From positions 2,758 to 66,757 of IMG/VR virus record IMGVR_UViG_3300044833_000115: a stretch of DNA of 64,000 nt, one strand, 5' to 3'. Position 1 is the first letter of the stretch; every line of letters starts with the position of its first letter. Shown one piece after another: positions 37,661 to 48,600 of this stretch. Position numbers and translations under genes: made by a program. Below the pieces are notes generated by a model. That model saw nothing but the letters and a program-made list of their open reading frames with translations, made no database searches and was not told the origin of the DNA. Source of the DNA: a virus.

Positions 37661-38101
37661 TTACTCGGAAAACTCGGCCTCTATGGCCAGAGCTTTACCA
37701 GTTTCGAGCCCGGCTTTACCGTTGGCTAACCCGACGCCGCGGATCACCTTGGGCGGCATTCCGCTTTGCGCACGGCTCCACTCGTCGGCCAAACGGTAAA
37801 GCCGGCTGACCGTGCGTTTCGGAGGGGGTTGGCCGGTGGCCGCGGACAGCGCGCCGACATGCTGCATCACGTCGAACAACCGTTCGAGTCGCGCGTCAGC
37901 GGGGGGATTAGCGGCGAGGTTAGCAGCGGGGGGAAACTCCCGCGGGCCGGTCTCCCGGTCGGCCAACTGGTCAAGCGCCCGGCTAACCCAGGCGCCCAAC
38001 GTTTCGTCATTGCGATCCGCGGCTATCTTGCTGCGCTCCCATGAGCGCTTGCGCACGCCCTTGATGTTAACGATGGTCTTCTCGTCGTCTGGATTATCCA
38101 T
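37661..38101 (-). CDS. Ribbon-helix-helix DNA-binding protein
   Basis: TIVNIKGV (beta)-RKRSWERSKIAAD-ETLGAWVSRALDQL (helix-helix). Confidence 0.7.
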   Translation of the reverse strand: MDNPDDEKTIVNIKGVRKRSWERSKIAADRNDETLGAWVSRALDQLADRETGPREFPPAANLAANPPADARLERLFDVMQHVGALSAATGQPPPKRTVSRLYRLADEWSRAQSGMPPKVIRGVGLANGKAGLETGKALAIEAEFSE

Positions 38102-38211
38102 TCGCTTTACCCCCTTGTTTAGCTAATACCAAGGGTAAAGCCTTCGGCTAATCGCTGACAAGTCCTGCTGCTTTATCGTAACACTAAGGGGGTTTTATGA
38201 GTTCGTAAAGC
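37692..38211. repeat. Dense array of GCTWWHCC-type octamers in and upstream of the RHH gene
   Basis: Exact or near copies at 37692, 37713, 37725, 37795, 37905, 37918, 37982, 38104, 38134, 38147, 38170, 38204; 38104-38141 forms an inverted repeat. Confidence 0.7.
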
Positions 38212-38534
38212 GTATCAACTAAGAAACACCCCATTGCTGGGCAGAAGCGGTTTTTGCAGTATGAACCGCTACAGTCTCGGAGCGAACGCCATGAGTCAGA
38301 TCCTGCTGGGAGGCATCGTCCCCTTCATCATCCTGGTGGCGGTGCTGGTCTGGGGGCTCTGGGGGCTCGGTGGCTGGCCGCGTTGACGCCAGCCCAGCAG
38401 CCGCTCCCGCGCTGCCCCAGGCATCCGCGCCGGCCTTGCCCAGGCGAATGCCAGTATCTGCTCGCACTGCACGAATGCATCCATGACAGCGGCATATCGG
38501 GAACCGGGGGCACCTGGCGCCCAATCGACATGAG

Positions 38535-38557
38535 AAGGGCGCCACAAGGGCGCCCTT
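38535..38557 (-). terminator. Hairpin, likely terminator of the late unit
   Basis: AAGGGCGCC-N5-GGCGCCCTT, about 20 bp after the last late stop; weak U-tract. Confidence 0.45.
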
Positions 38558-38576
38558 TCACTGCGGCAATGGCCGA

Positions 38577-38972
38577 TCAGGGGCCGGCGGGCGGCACGAC
38601 GGGCGTCGGCGGGGCAGGGGTGTTCGCTGCGACGGCAGCGGCCAGGCTCGCCGTGGCACCGGTGATGGAGGTGTCCAGCGCGGTCAGCGAAGCCAGTTGG
38701 GCCGGCGTGGCGCCGGCGGCGGTGGCCGCGGCAATCGCCGCCTGAAGCTGCGCCGAGAAGCCGCTGATCATCGTGGTCGCCGAGGTGATCACGGTGGTCT
38801 CGCTGGCAACATCGGCCTGAAGCTGGGTGATCTCGGTGTCGAGCGTGGCGACGGTGGCGGACATGGTTTTGATCCCTGTGATGACGGTTTGGAGAAGCGC
38901 AAGCACCTGATCCAGGCGCGGATCGGGGGTCGGCGGGCTTGCGTCGGTGTGAAGATAGACATCAATCCGCAT
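38577..38972 (-). CDS. Ala/Thr-rich coiled-coil phage protein
   Basis: RBS GGAGGG; MRIDVYLH...LQAAIAAA...LAAAVAANTP. Confidence 0.65.
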   Translation of the reverse strand: MRIDVYLHTDASPPTPDPRLDQVLALLQTVITGIKTMSATVATLDTEITQLQADVASETTVITSATTMISGFSAQLQAAIAAATAAGATPAQLASLTALDTSITGATASLAAAVAANTPAPPTPVVPPAGP

Positions 38973-39037
38973 AGCGCCCTCCCGGCCCGGGGTGTCTATC
39001 ACGCGCGCGGCGCCCCCGCGCGTTAAAGTTGCGCTGC

Positions 39038-39637
39038 TCACGAATGCCCCGTCGGCGCGTAGTGGAGGGCGACGGACACCACAACCGATAGGATCGCGAT
39101 CAGCCCCGATACGATGGCGAGCAGGGTGTTGCGCCGCATCGTGTCGTTGGAGGTTTCCAGGGCGGTCTTGGCCGCGGCGTCGAGCGCATTCTCCTGCTGG
39201 CGTTCCTCGCGGAGTTGCGTCCAGTCGCGGAGATTGTCGCCGCGGGAGCGGTCCCAATCCTTGTCGTTGGTGTCGATCCGCACAAACGTATTCTGCAACA
39301 GTTCGATGCGGGCGTGCTCGTGGTTTAACGCGGTCAGGCGCCGCTCATATTCCGTCGCCTGGATCGCCCGGGCATGGTCCATGTGGGTAAGCCGGTCCTG
39401 TAGCAAGGTCTTCAGGTTCTCGCTGCGCGCCGCGCCGGCTTTTTCCAGCGCGGTCAGCGCGGTCTCGAACTGCTCTTTGTTGGCGTTGATCCGGTGGTTG
39501 ATCAGTTCGGTGATCCCGGTCAACTGCGCCTGGATGGTCAGCGCCGCCGCGGCCACCCGCCGTTCCACGATCTCCGCGGTGCGGTCGGTCTGCGCCGCTT
39601 GTTGCGCGCTGGCGGTTTGGGGAGGGTCTTCAATCAT
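39038..39637 (-). CDS. Coiled-coil protein with C-terminal transmembrane helix (holin-like or membrane anchor)
   Basis: LLAIVSGLIAILSVVVSVAL; RBS AGGAGG. Confidence 0.6.
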   Translation of the reverse strand: MIEDPPQTASAQQAAQTDRTAEIVERRVAAAALTIQAQLTGITELINHRINANKEQFETALTALEKAGAARSENLKTLLQDRLTHMDHARAIQATEYERRLTALNHEHARIELLQNTFVRIDTNDKDWDRSRGDNLRDWTQLREERQQENALDAAAKTALETSNDTMRRNTLLAIVSGLIAILSVVVSVALHYAPTGHS

Positions 39638-42600
39638 TTACTGCCCTCCTTGATGGATCTGGTCGCCCGCGTGTTTTGCCCTGTTGCGGAGGGCGGCATT
39701 GTCGTGTCGCTCCTGCCAGGCTGCGGCGCGGGCTGGATCAGTGATCGAAGCCGGCGCCGGGTTAACGCCCCAGAAGGCCAGCGATTGCCCCAGCATCCCC
39801 GCGCCCGCGCCTGATAGTTTATGCTGCGCGCGGAACGAGAACGGCAGCGCCTGATTGAGCAGGTATTCGCTGTAGGCAACGGCTGGGTTGTCCACGCGGC
39901 TATCGTAGATGCTGCTGCCATAGTAGTCGCGGTTGTTGAGCACCTGTTGCGCCATGCTCAACAGCGGCGATGACTTGTTGGCCAAGGTCTGGAAGGGCGC
40001 CATCGCCCAGGCGCGGACATCCTTGATGTAGCCGGGGATCTGCCACCGCTGCTTGACCCCATCGACCACCTGGCCGGTCGGTGGATAGAAATAGTCCAGC
40101 ATCTCCTGCGGGCCATGGCCGGTGAAGAGGTAGGTCATGATCGCGCCGAGGGTGGCGGCGATGACCGTCATCGCTATGGTGTAGGCCATCCGCGCCGTGA
40201 GTTCGGGCGTCTGCCCCCGCGCCATGCGGCCAATCTGCTTGACCGTATCCACGCCGGCGCCGGCGATTTCGCGGATCGTGCCGAAGTTCCAGCCCACGCT
40301 GCGGGTGACGACGAAGGCGATATCCTTCAGCCCTTTGTGCCAGAACACGTTGTCGTAGACCATCTGCCCCATGCGGTTATCGACGCTATCCCAGAACTTG
40401 ATCATCGCGTCACTGGCTTCGGTCGGTGAGGCGTTCGGGTTCCGCCGCAGCCAATCCTGGGCGAGCATAGCGAACACGCCCAGCTTGGCGCGGGGGACCA
40501 TCTGGCCCATCAGCGGCTCGGTGATCGTCTCCAGCACGCGGCCGACCAGGCGGAACGGCGAAGTCAACGGCGTGTCCCTGACGATATGCCACGCCTCACG
40601 GAACGCGCCGTCGGGGTTTTTCAGGTCGGTCAGGTTCTTGAAGAAGCTGCCCGACGCATTCGACCGATAGAACATATCCATGTTGATCCGGCCGCCGCCG
40701 GCATTCAGCATCTGCGCCAGCTTGCGCCACTCAGGCGTGGCGTTCTGCGGGTCGAGGTAGGCCGATCGCAGTTTCGATCCCTTCTGGATGGTCGATGCGA
40801 TGGTCCACGGGCTGAACCCCAGCGCGGCATTGACCACGCCGGGGCCGACATCGCCGCGGCTGAGTTGCTGCAAGCCCAGCGCCAGGCGCGAGGTCATCGT
40901 GTCGAGCCCGATGAACGTCGCGTGGAAGCCCGACAGGCCAAGCTGCAACTGGTTCAGCGCGTTCCCGGCCACGCGCATCATGTCGTACGGGACGAAGTTG
41001 CCGGCGATGCCGGCCGAGACATAGTTGTTGAAAATCGTCGCCAGCATCTCGGGCGCATACCAATTGCCGTGCGAGTTGTCCCCGTGCGCCGCCTCGCGGG
41101 TCTTCGGCTGAAAGAACGGGTCTTTCAGCATCACCAGGCCGAGTTGCTGGGCGCGGCGCTCCTGTTCGACCGGCACCCAGCGTGCGAGCCCGGCGTCCTT
41201 GATCTCGTTGCCCAGCTTGGTGCCGTGGTAGAACCGCTGCATCTCCCTCAGTTTCAGGGTCTGCATCTCGATCGGGTTGGCGGTGACCGGTTTCAGCCCG
41301 GCGTGTATGGCGTCGGACTGGTATTCAAACCCGCGCCTCTTCATGAAATTGCCCGAGCCGCGCATGGGGGACTTGCCCAGCCCGGCACCGATCGCCGGCC
41401 CGACCGCCTGCTGCGGGGTCTGCGCGCCCGCGGGGAGCCCCGCCGCCCACTCTTCGTGGTTGCTGTAGATCCGGCCCATGTAGAATTCGTTGGCGTCGTC
41501 CAGCAGGTGGCCGGGCAGGCTTTGGATGCGCGCGGTCCACAGGTCGAGTTGCGCGCGAATGGCGTCGGCCACCGCCTGCAATTGCGGCGAAGCCTGCGGC
41601 AAGCCCCGTTCCATGCGGTCGGTGATGTTCAACTGCGCCGCCTCGGGGAGCCGGCCGATGACGTGACGGAACCGCTCCAGCGCGTGGGTGGTGCGCGCCG
41701 CGGACTGCGCCTGGAGTGCCGCCCGCCCCCGCACCACGCGCTCCATGTCCTTCGCCGCCCCGCGCGAGGTGGGCGAGAACAGCCACTGGATATCATCGAC
41801 CGCATCCTTGGCGGTCTCCATCGGCCCGCGGTTGTGCCCCATCCCAGGGCGCCGCCGCATGGCGTATTGCTCGCCGGCCTGGTCACCCAGCACGTCGCCC
41901 ACGCTGCGCGGCGTGCCCTCGGGCGGGAACTCTTCGTCAATCCGCTGCTCGATCGGCGCCCGCTGCCCGCTAGGCGGCGCCTGCTGCCCGCTGGGAATTG
42001 CCTGCTGCCCGCTAGGGGCCCCGGCCGGTGGATTAGCCGTTTTCAGCGCAAGATTAGCGTCGGGATTAGCCGCTGCATCCATCGCTTCGCGCGAGCCGGG
42101 CAACGCCTGCTCCCCGCGCATCAGCCCGCGCATCACGTCCTCGGCGGTCAGATACCCCTCGCCATGCAGCACCTGGCCGATGCCATGGGCGAAATTCTGC
42201 ATCCGCTCGAACGCGCCGCCGATCAGCGTGCGCGGCTGCATTCCGCGTTGCAGAGCCTCTTCGGCCAGGCGGGCGATGGCTTCGTCCACCATCTTTGCAC
42301 TGTCGTAACCAATATCTGCCAGCCTTTGGCGGCGGCTGACGCCTTTCTGGCCGTCATAGAGCCAACGTTTTCCGCCCGCGATCAGCGCCTTGCGCTGGCC
42401 ATCGGTCAGCAGCCCCAGCTTCGGGTCCATCAGCGCGTGAACCGCTTCGTGCCAGATCTTGACCGGGGCCTCGCTGGCATCGGTGTCCAGGGCATAGGTG
42501 ATCAGCGCACGATCGGACTGATACATCGCGTCAGCGCCGGCGGTGCCCTTGACGGGAATGCTGTTCACCAGCGCCAGCCCGACCTTCTCGGGTAGCCCCA

Positions 42601-45600
42601 TGAACCGCATCATGCCGGTTGCGGCCTGGATCAACCGCGCGCGGGCGGCCTGCGTGTCGGGTGCGGAAGGCGGGACGGGTGCGGTCGGCTTTGCGTTGGA
42701 CTTGCCCTTGCGGCGCTTGGAGAACTGACTGTCGTCGTCAGCCACGTGTCGCCCGCCGGTCAGCGACATGGTGCCGTTCTGCAAGTCGGTGTCGTACGCG
42801 GTTGTCAGTGCGGCAGGCTCGGGTTCCACCGCGGCTGGCGCCCTGGATGCTTCCAGCGCGGCCCGGTTCGCCTCACGGGCGATATGGTCGTCCCGCGCGT
42901 TCTCCGCCGCCTCCCACTCCTTGTGGTCGATCTCCCGCGGGCGGCCGTACTGCGAATTAAACGGCGGTTGGTTCAAGCCCTTTTTGATGACGCCAAAATA
43001 CGGGTCACCGAACTGGTCTGGGCCAACCGTCAGGGCGATGTCGCCCTCGCTCCAGATCGGGGTGACGCCGTGCGTCTGCCCCGCCGTCTTGGCCCAGCCT
43101 GGCATCTCCTTGGGCTTCGGCGGCGGCGGCAGGGGGTGCTGCTCGAACAGCGGCTGGCCGTTCTCATCCTTGGCCTGCATGTAGGGCACGTCGCCCTCAT
43201 CGGTCGTCAGCGAATAGTCATCGCCCATGCGGTGCCCGCGCACGATGCGCTTCTCGCCGTTGACGTAGATATCGCTGTCCAGCGGTGCACCGAAACGTAG
43301 CCATGCCGGCGGCGGGATCGGATTGGCTTGCAGATCGTCTTCCAGCTTCGCCAGTTGCAGGCGCTTCTTCAGCAGCGCATCGCGCTGCGGGAAATCCTGC
43401 TTCGCCTGGGACTCCAGCGCGCCCATCGACTTGGCCGCTTCGCCATGCCGGTACATCGCCGCGTCCGCCGCGCCGGCCATGCCGTTCAGCCGGTTGGTGA
43501 TGCGCGCGATGCTGGGGGACTGGATCTCGCCGACCTCCGTCCCGGCCGCATCGTCAATGTAATAAAGGGGCGCCGTTCGCTTCTGGTTGGTCCAGTCAGC
43601 GACCACCGTGAAGCCGTTGATCACCGCCAGGGTCTGCTGATCGCCTGGCACCAACGCCTTCACCTGGGCGTCGATGGCGTCCTGGATCTCTGCGGCGCTA
43701 TAGAACGCGGTCCTGCCGTGCTCCGGGTCGATGCTCGATACCCCGCCGGCAATGCCCGACAGGCCCGCCTTTCGCGCCGCGTCCCGGGCGGCGTTTCTCG
43801 CCGCCCACGCTGCCCCCGAAAGCCGCCCTTTGGGTCCCCACGCTGCCCCCGAAAGCCGCCCTTTGGGTTCGGTGTCCACCCAGGCGTCGTAAAGCAGGTG
43901 CGTCTTCCGCAACGCCGTCTGCACCGCGCCCGCTCGAACGCGCGCTTCCTCCCAGGTCTTCGCCCACCCGGCGTATCGCTGCGCCTCGGCTAGATGCTGC
44001 TGCTGCGCGCTCTTGAGCCGGTGCAGGCTTTGGATCGCATCGGCCTGCCCGACAGTGTGCAATCGCTCGCGCCGGGCCAGCTTGTCCACCTGCGCCCGAT
44101 ACTGCGCCCGCTGCATGATGCGCGGGTCGCCGGCGGCGGCGGACAGGGACGCCAAGACATCCTCTTTGTCGCTGATCTCGGTGGCATCGCCTTCGATCGA
44201 GCCGATGAATTCGCCCGACGTGTCGTTGAAAGCGCTGATGAACTTCTTGATGAAGTTGTCCTTGGCCCGCAGAACCTGCCACCGCTTACCGTCCAGACCC
44301 TCGGTGATGTAGCGGTATTCCTCGACGGTGTTCCACGTGTTGCCCTGCCGGTTGCCGCGCCCGTCGCGCTGTTCCAGGTCGCCCGGCATCCAAGGCGCAT
44401 CCATGTGGTGCATCGCACGCAGCAGCGGTTGCATGTTGACGCCCGTGCCCATCGTTTCGGTCTGCCCGATCGCGACACGCTTGGTCCCGACACTCATCTG
44501 CTGGGCGAGAGACTCTTTCTGCTCGCCGGTCAGGCCGCCGCCGAACAAAGCGATCTCGCCGCGGGGGATGCCGCCCTTCACCAGCTTGGCGATCAGGTCG
44601 TTGACCAGCACGAAGCGGTTTTCTCGGCCTTCCGACGACTTCGCCGGGTTGTAGCCGGTGTCGATGAAGATCGCCTGCGCGGCCTTGGGCTCCTGGTAGA
44701 TGCGCAGCACGTTGCGCACGACGCGGTTGGTCTTGCTTTCCGGATCTTCCGGCAGGTCGGGGTCGTACATCCGCTGGTCGAGGCTCGCCCGCGGCGGATC
44801 GGCCTCGGTGATCAGCGGCAGGCGTGGATCGGGCGGCTTGAAAGCTGTCCGCTTGCCGGTTACGGGGTCGGGGGGGCCAAGATGGGCGAACGTCAGTTCC
44901 CGCTTCTCTTTGCCCGACAGCGCCCGGTAGGACTGCACCCGCTCGCGCACGTCATCGAGGATCGCCCGCTGGTGTTCGGACATCTGCCCGACATCGTTGA
45001 TGATCCGCAGGTATGGGCGGCCTTCCGGCTTTTCCGTCCGCCCGTTGGTCAGAAACTCACGGTCGGCCGGCGAGAGGTCGGGCGAGTGCAGCGTCTTGCC
45101 GTCCGCCGTGGCGCGCGGCTTGAACTCGGGCATGTCCTTGGCCTGCACGACATCGGTGAACTCCGACATCAGCGCGACCAGTTCATCGACGTTGGAAAAC
45201 TGCGCCAGCCGCTTGACCGGTTCGTACGTGCCCGCCGCGGTCAGTTCGACATCGTTCTCGGCGTCGGCAAAGGTGTTGAACCAGGTGTCCCACTCCCCGG
45301 CCCCGGCCGCCTCCATTCGGTCCTGCATGAAGTAGCGGGACTGATTGAAGACTTCGTTCAGCGTGTTGGTGATCGGTGTGCCGCTGAACAGGTAGACGCC
45401 GCGCCCGTTGTTCTGCTGTTTGATGTAGCCGGTCAGGAAGTCGAGCGCGATCGAGCGGTTAGACGCCGTGGTGTTGAGACCCTTCACCCGCATCTGCGTG
45501 CTTATGACCGGCTTTTTGAACAGGTGGGCCTCGTCCACCATGATCGCATCGACGCCAAGCTGCTCGAACGTGACCGCGCCAGGCGCCGACGCCCGTAGCG

Positions 45601-48600
45601 CCATCTTGTCGATCTTGGCCTTCAGGCGCTTGCGCGCGGTGACCAGATCCTTGGCTGTCGGCGGCAGGCGGAGTTTGGCCAAATCCTCCGGCTTGCCGTC
45701 CATCATTTCCGGGGTCAGGACAACCCCGGCTTCCATCGCCGCGTCGATCGCCTCGCTTTCCAGGGCCGCGATCTGTTCGGCCGCCAGGGCGTCGAGCGTC
45801 GCACGGGTCAGCGCCAGCTTGTCCATGACGCTGTGCGGCATGACCACAAGATCCCAGTCTTCATTGGCAATCCGGTGCAGTGTTGTCTTGATCATCGCCG
45901 GGGCCAGGTTATCGACGTAGTGGATGCGCGCCCCGGGATACATCTGCTGGATTTCGCGCGAGACCGCCGCGGAGTTGGCGTTGTGCGCGAACAGCATCGG
46001 CTTGCGGAACACGCCGTAGCGCCGGCCCTCGATCGCGATCCCGCCCATCGTGTACGTCTTGCCGGTCCCGACCTCATGCGCGAAGAACCCGCGCCCAGTG
46101 ACCACCCCCCGCCAGATGCCGTTGACCTGATGCTGGCGCAGCGAGAACGGATCGTTCCCGCGTTTGAGCGCCATGCCTGACATATCCATGAACGAGCCAT
46201 CGAAGCGGGCTGGCGCGATGGCGCGCATCGTCTCGTTGTAGGCGGCTTCAAGTTGCACCTTGCGCAGCGGGTCTTGCCACGCCCATTCGCTGAACTTCTC
46301 CCGCAGCCCGGCAACCTTGGCGTTGGCCGCTTCGCTGGCCTTTTCGTTGAAGTAAGGGCCGCCATCGCGATCCGCCGGGTCCATGATCCGGATCACGGTG
46401 TTGCCCATCGCGGCTTTGAGAAGATCCTCAAAGTCCACCCTCGGATGCCCCCACACCTGGCGGGCTTCCGTCCTCCCTTGCACCCCGGCGTCGAGCCGCA
46501 CCTTCCAGCGGGCGGCGACGAAATTGATCGCCACACCAGTCTTTGCCTCATCCGGCGTCAGATTGAGGATGTCCTTAACAAACTGCCGGTAGGTTTCGTC
46601 GCCCACCCAGGCCGCGCCGAGATTGGCCTGGATCATGTAGTACGGCTTGGTCTTGGGGATGACCTCGGTCAGCGCGTCGATCGAGTGCTGGATCGCCGTC
46701 TCGCCGTTCGCCAGCGCCTGCTGGGCCTCCGCCAGCTTGCGCCGGACGTTGCCCGACAAGTAGCTGTCCGCCGGCTCAAACCCGCCCCCTGGCGTGCGGA
46801 AGACCGCGCCGCTGTCCACCAGGTGCTGTTCCACCGCCGCCTGTGGCTGCTTCGCCAGTTCGGCCACCCGCGCGATGTCGAAGTTGGCTTGCTCGTTGCG
46901 CGCCAGCACGTAGGCGTCCCCGATGGAAGGGTTCTCCATGCTCCGCCGCGAACGCACCGTGGGCTCACTCAGGATCTGCGATGGCGTGCCGTCCGCGCGC
47001 TCCAGTGCCGCCACCATCGGCCAGCCGGGATCATCGACGCGACGCAGGACGGTCAGCCCATCGGACTTGGCGATCGTGCCATGCTTGGCCAGGAAGGCGG
47101 CATACTGGCCCGCCAGTGCCGTCCGCAGCGCCTCGGTTTCCGGCTTGCCGTCCCGCTCGGCGTCGATCAGCGCGCCGTATCCCAGGCGCATCCCGACCAG
47201 CCCGCGCACCTGTTCGTCGCGCGCCTTCACGGCGGCAGCGGTGCCCTTGCGCAGCGTCGAATGAGATACTTCCAGCGGCTGCAACTGGTCGCCCTTGACC
47301 TGGTACAGCTTGCCGTTGTCGTGGATGACGACGTTGTTCTGCCGGGCGACGGTGTTGTTGGCGAGAAACCGCTGTTCGTTGCCGCGGATCGTCGGCTGGT
47401 AGCCATCCGCCGGCACGCGGTTCGGCAGATCCTGCAAAAGCTGTAGCAGGTTGTCGGGCCGATGCACGATCATCCCCGGCCGCTTCTGCGTCGCGCCGTG
47501 GCCGAAGTCGAGTGTGCCCAGCACCGCGCTGGGATTGTCCTGGTAGTGCTGGTTGACGCGGATTTGCCCGCCGCTGGGGGCGTTCATGTCGGTCGAGTTG
47601 ACCCACGGCTCCAGTGCGGGGTTCGGGCTGGGCTCCGCCCGCTTGCGCAGAACCAGGAGGTCGGTGACGACATCGGTCCCGGCGTATTTCGCGAACGCCC
47701 CCGAGGGCAACCGGAACGCCCCCAGCAATTCTCCCTTGCGCGCCAACTCCAAGCGAGTGGCCCGCCCGGCGCTGTCCATCGTACCCTTGGCCGTGATGCC
47801 GATCACCAGCCCGCCGGGGCGCACCTGATCGAGCGCCTTCAGGAAGAAATAGTTGTGCAAGGTCGGGCTGAACCGAGCGTATCGCCGATCGACAGGCCCG
47901 ATCTGATGGAACGGCCAGTTGCCGATCACCAGGTCGTAGAAGTCATCCGGCGTCAGGCTTTCCTCATAGCCTTTGATGTGAATTCCGGCGTCGGGATAGA
48001 GCAGCTTCGCCATGGCGCCGGTCGTCGGGTCCATTTCGATGCCGGTCAGCGTGCTGGCGGCCATGATATCGCGGGGCATCAGGCCGAAGAAATTTCCGAC
48101 ACCCATGGATGGTTCGAGGATGCGGCCACCTTTGAACCCCATCTTCGCCGCCATGTCCCACATGGCTTTGACGGTGATCGGGTCGGTGTAGTGGGCGTTG
48201 GCGATGCTGTCCTGCGCTGCGTTCCAGGCTTCCCGCCCCAGGCGGTCGCGCAGCCATTGCGCCTCGACATCCCAGCCCGGCCGCGGGCGGGGTCTTTCAA
48301 AGGTGCCTTGGAACAGATCCTGGCCGAACGATCCCCAGCCGATATAGCCGGCCATGGTTTTCAGTTCGTCGGGGGAAGGGTCGCGCTGTTCGTCCTCGAT
48401 CGCGGCCAGGGCATCGAGGGCGGCGCGGTTGCGGGCGAAGCGGACCTTGGGTGTCCCCCCGATCAGCGCCTCGGGGTCATCGATGTGGAAGTTCGCCCGC
48501 GCCGGCGTCGGGATCAGTTCGTGGTCTGCTCCGCTTCCGGCCCCATCAGTAACCAGTCCTTGGTCGCCTGTTCCTCCGCGTCCGTCACCGGCATTCCCGC

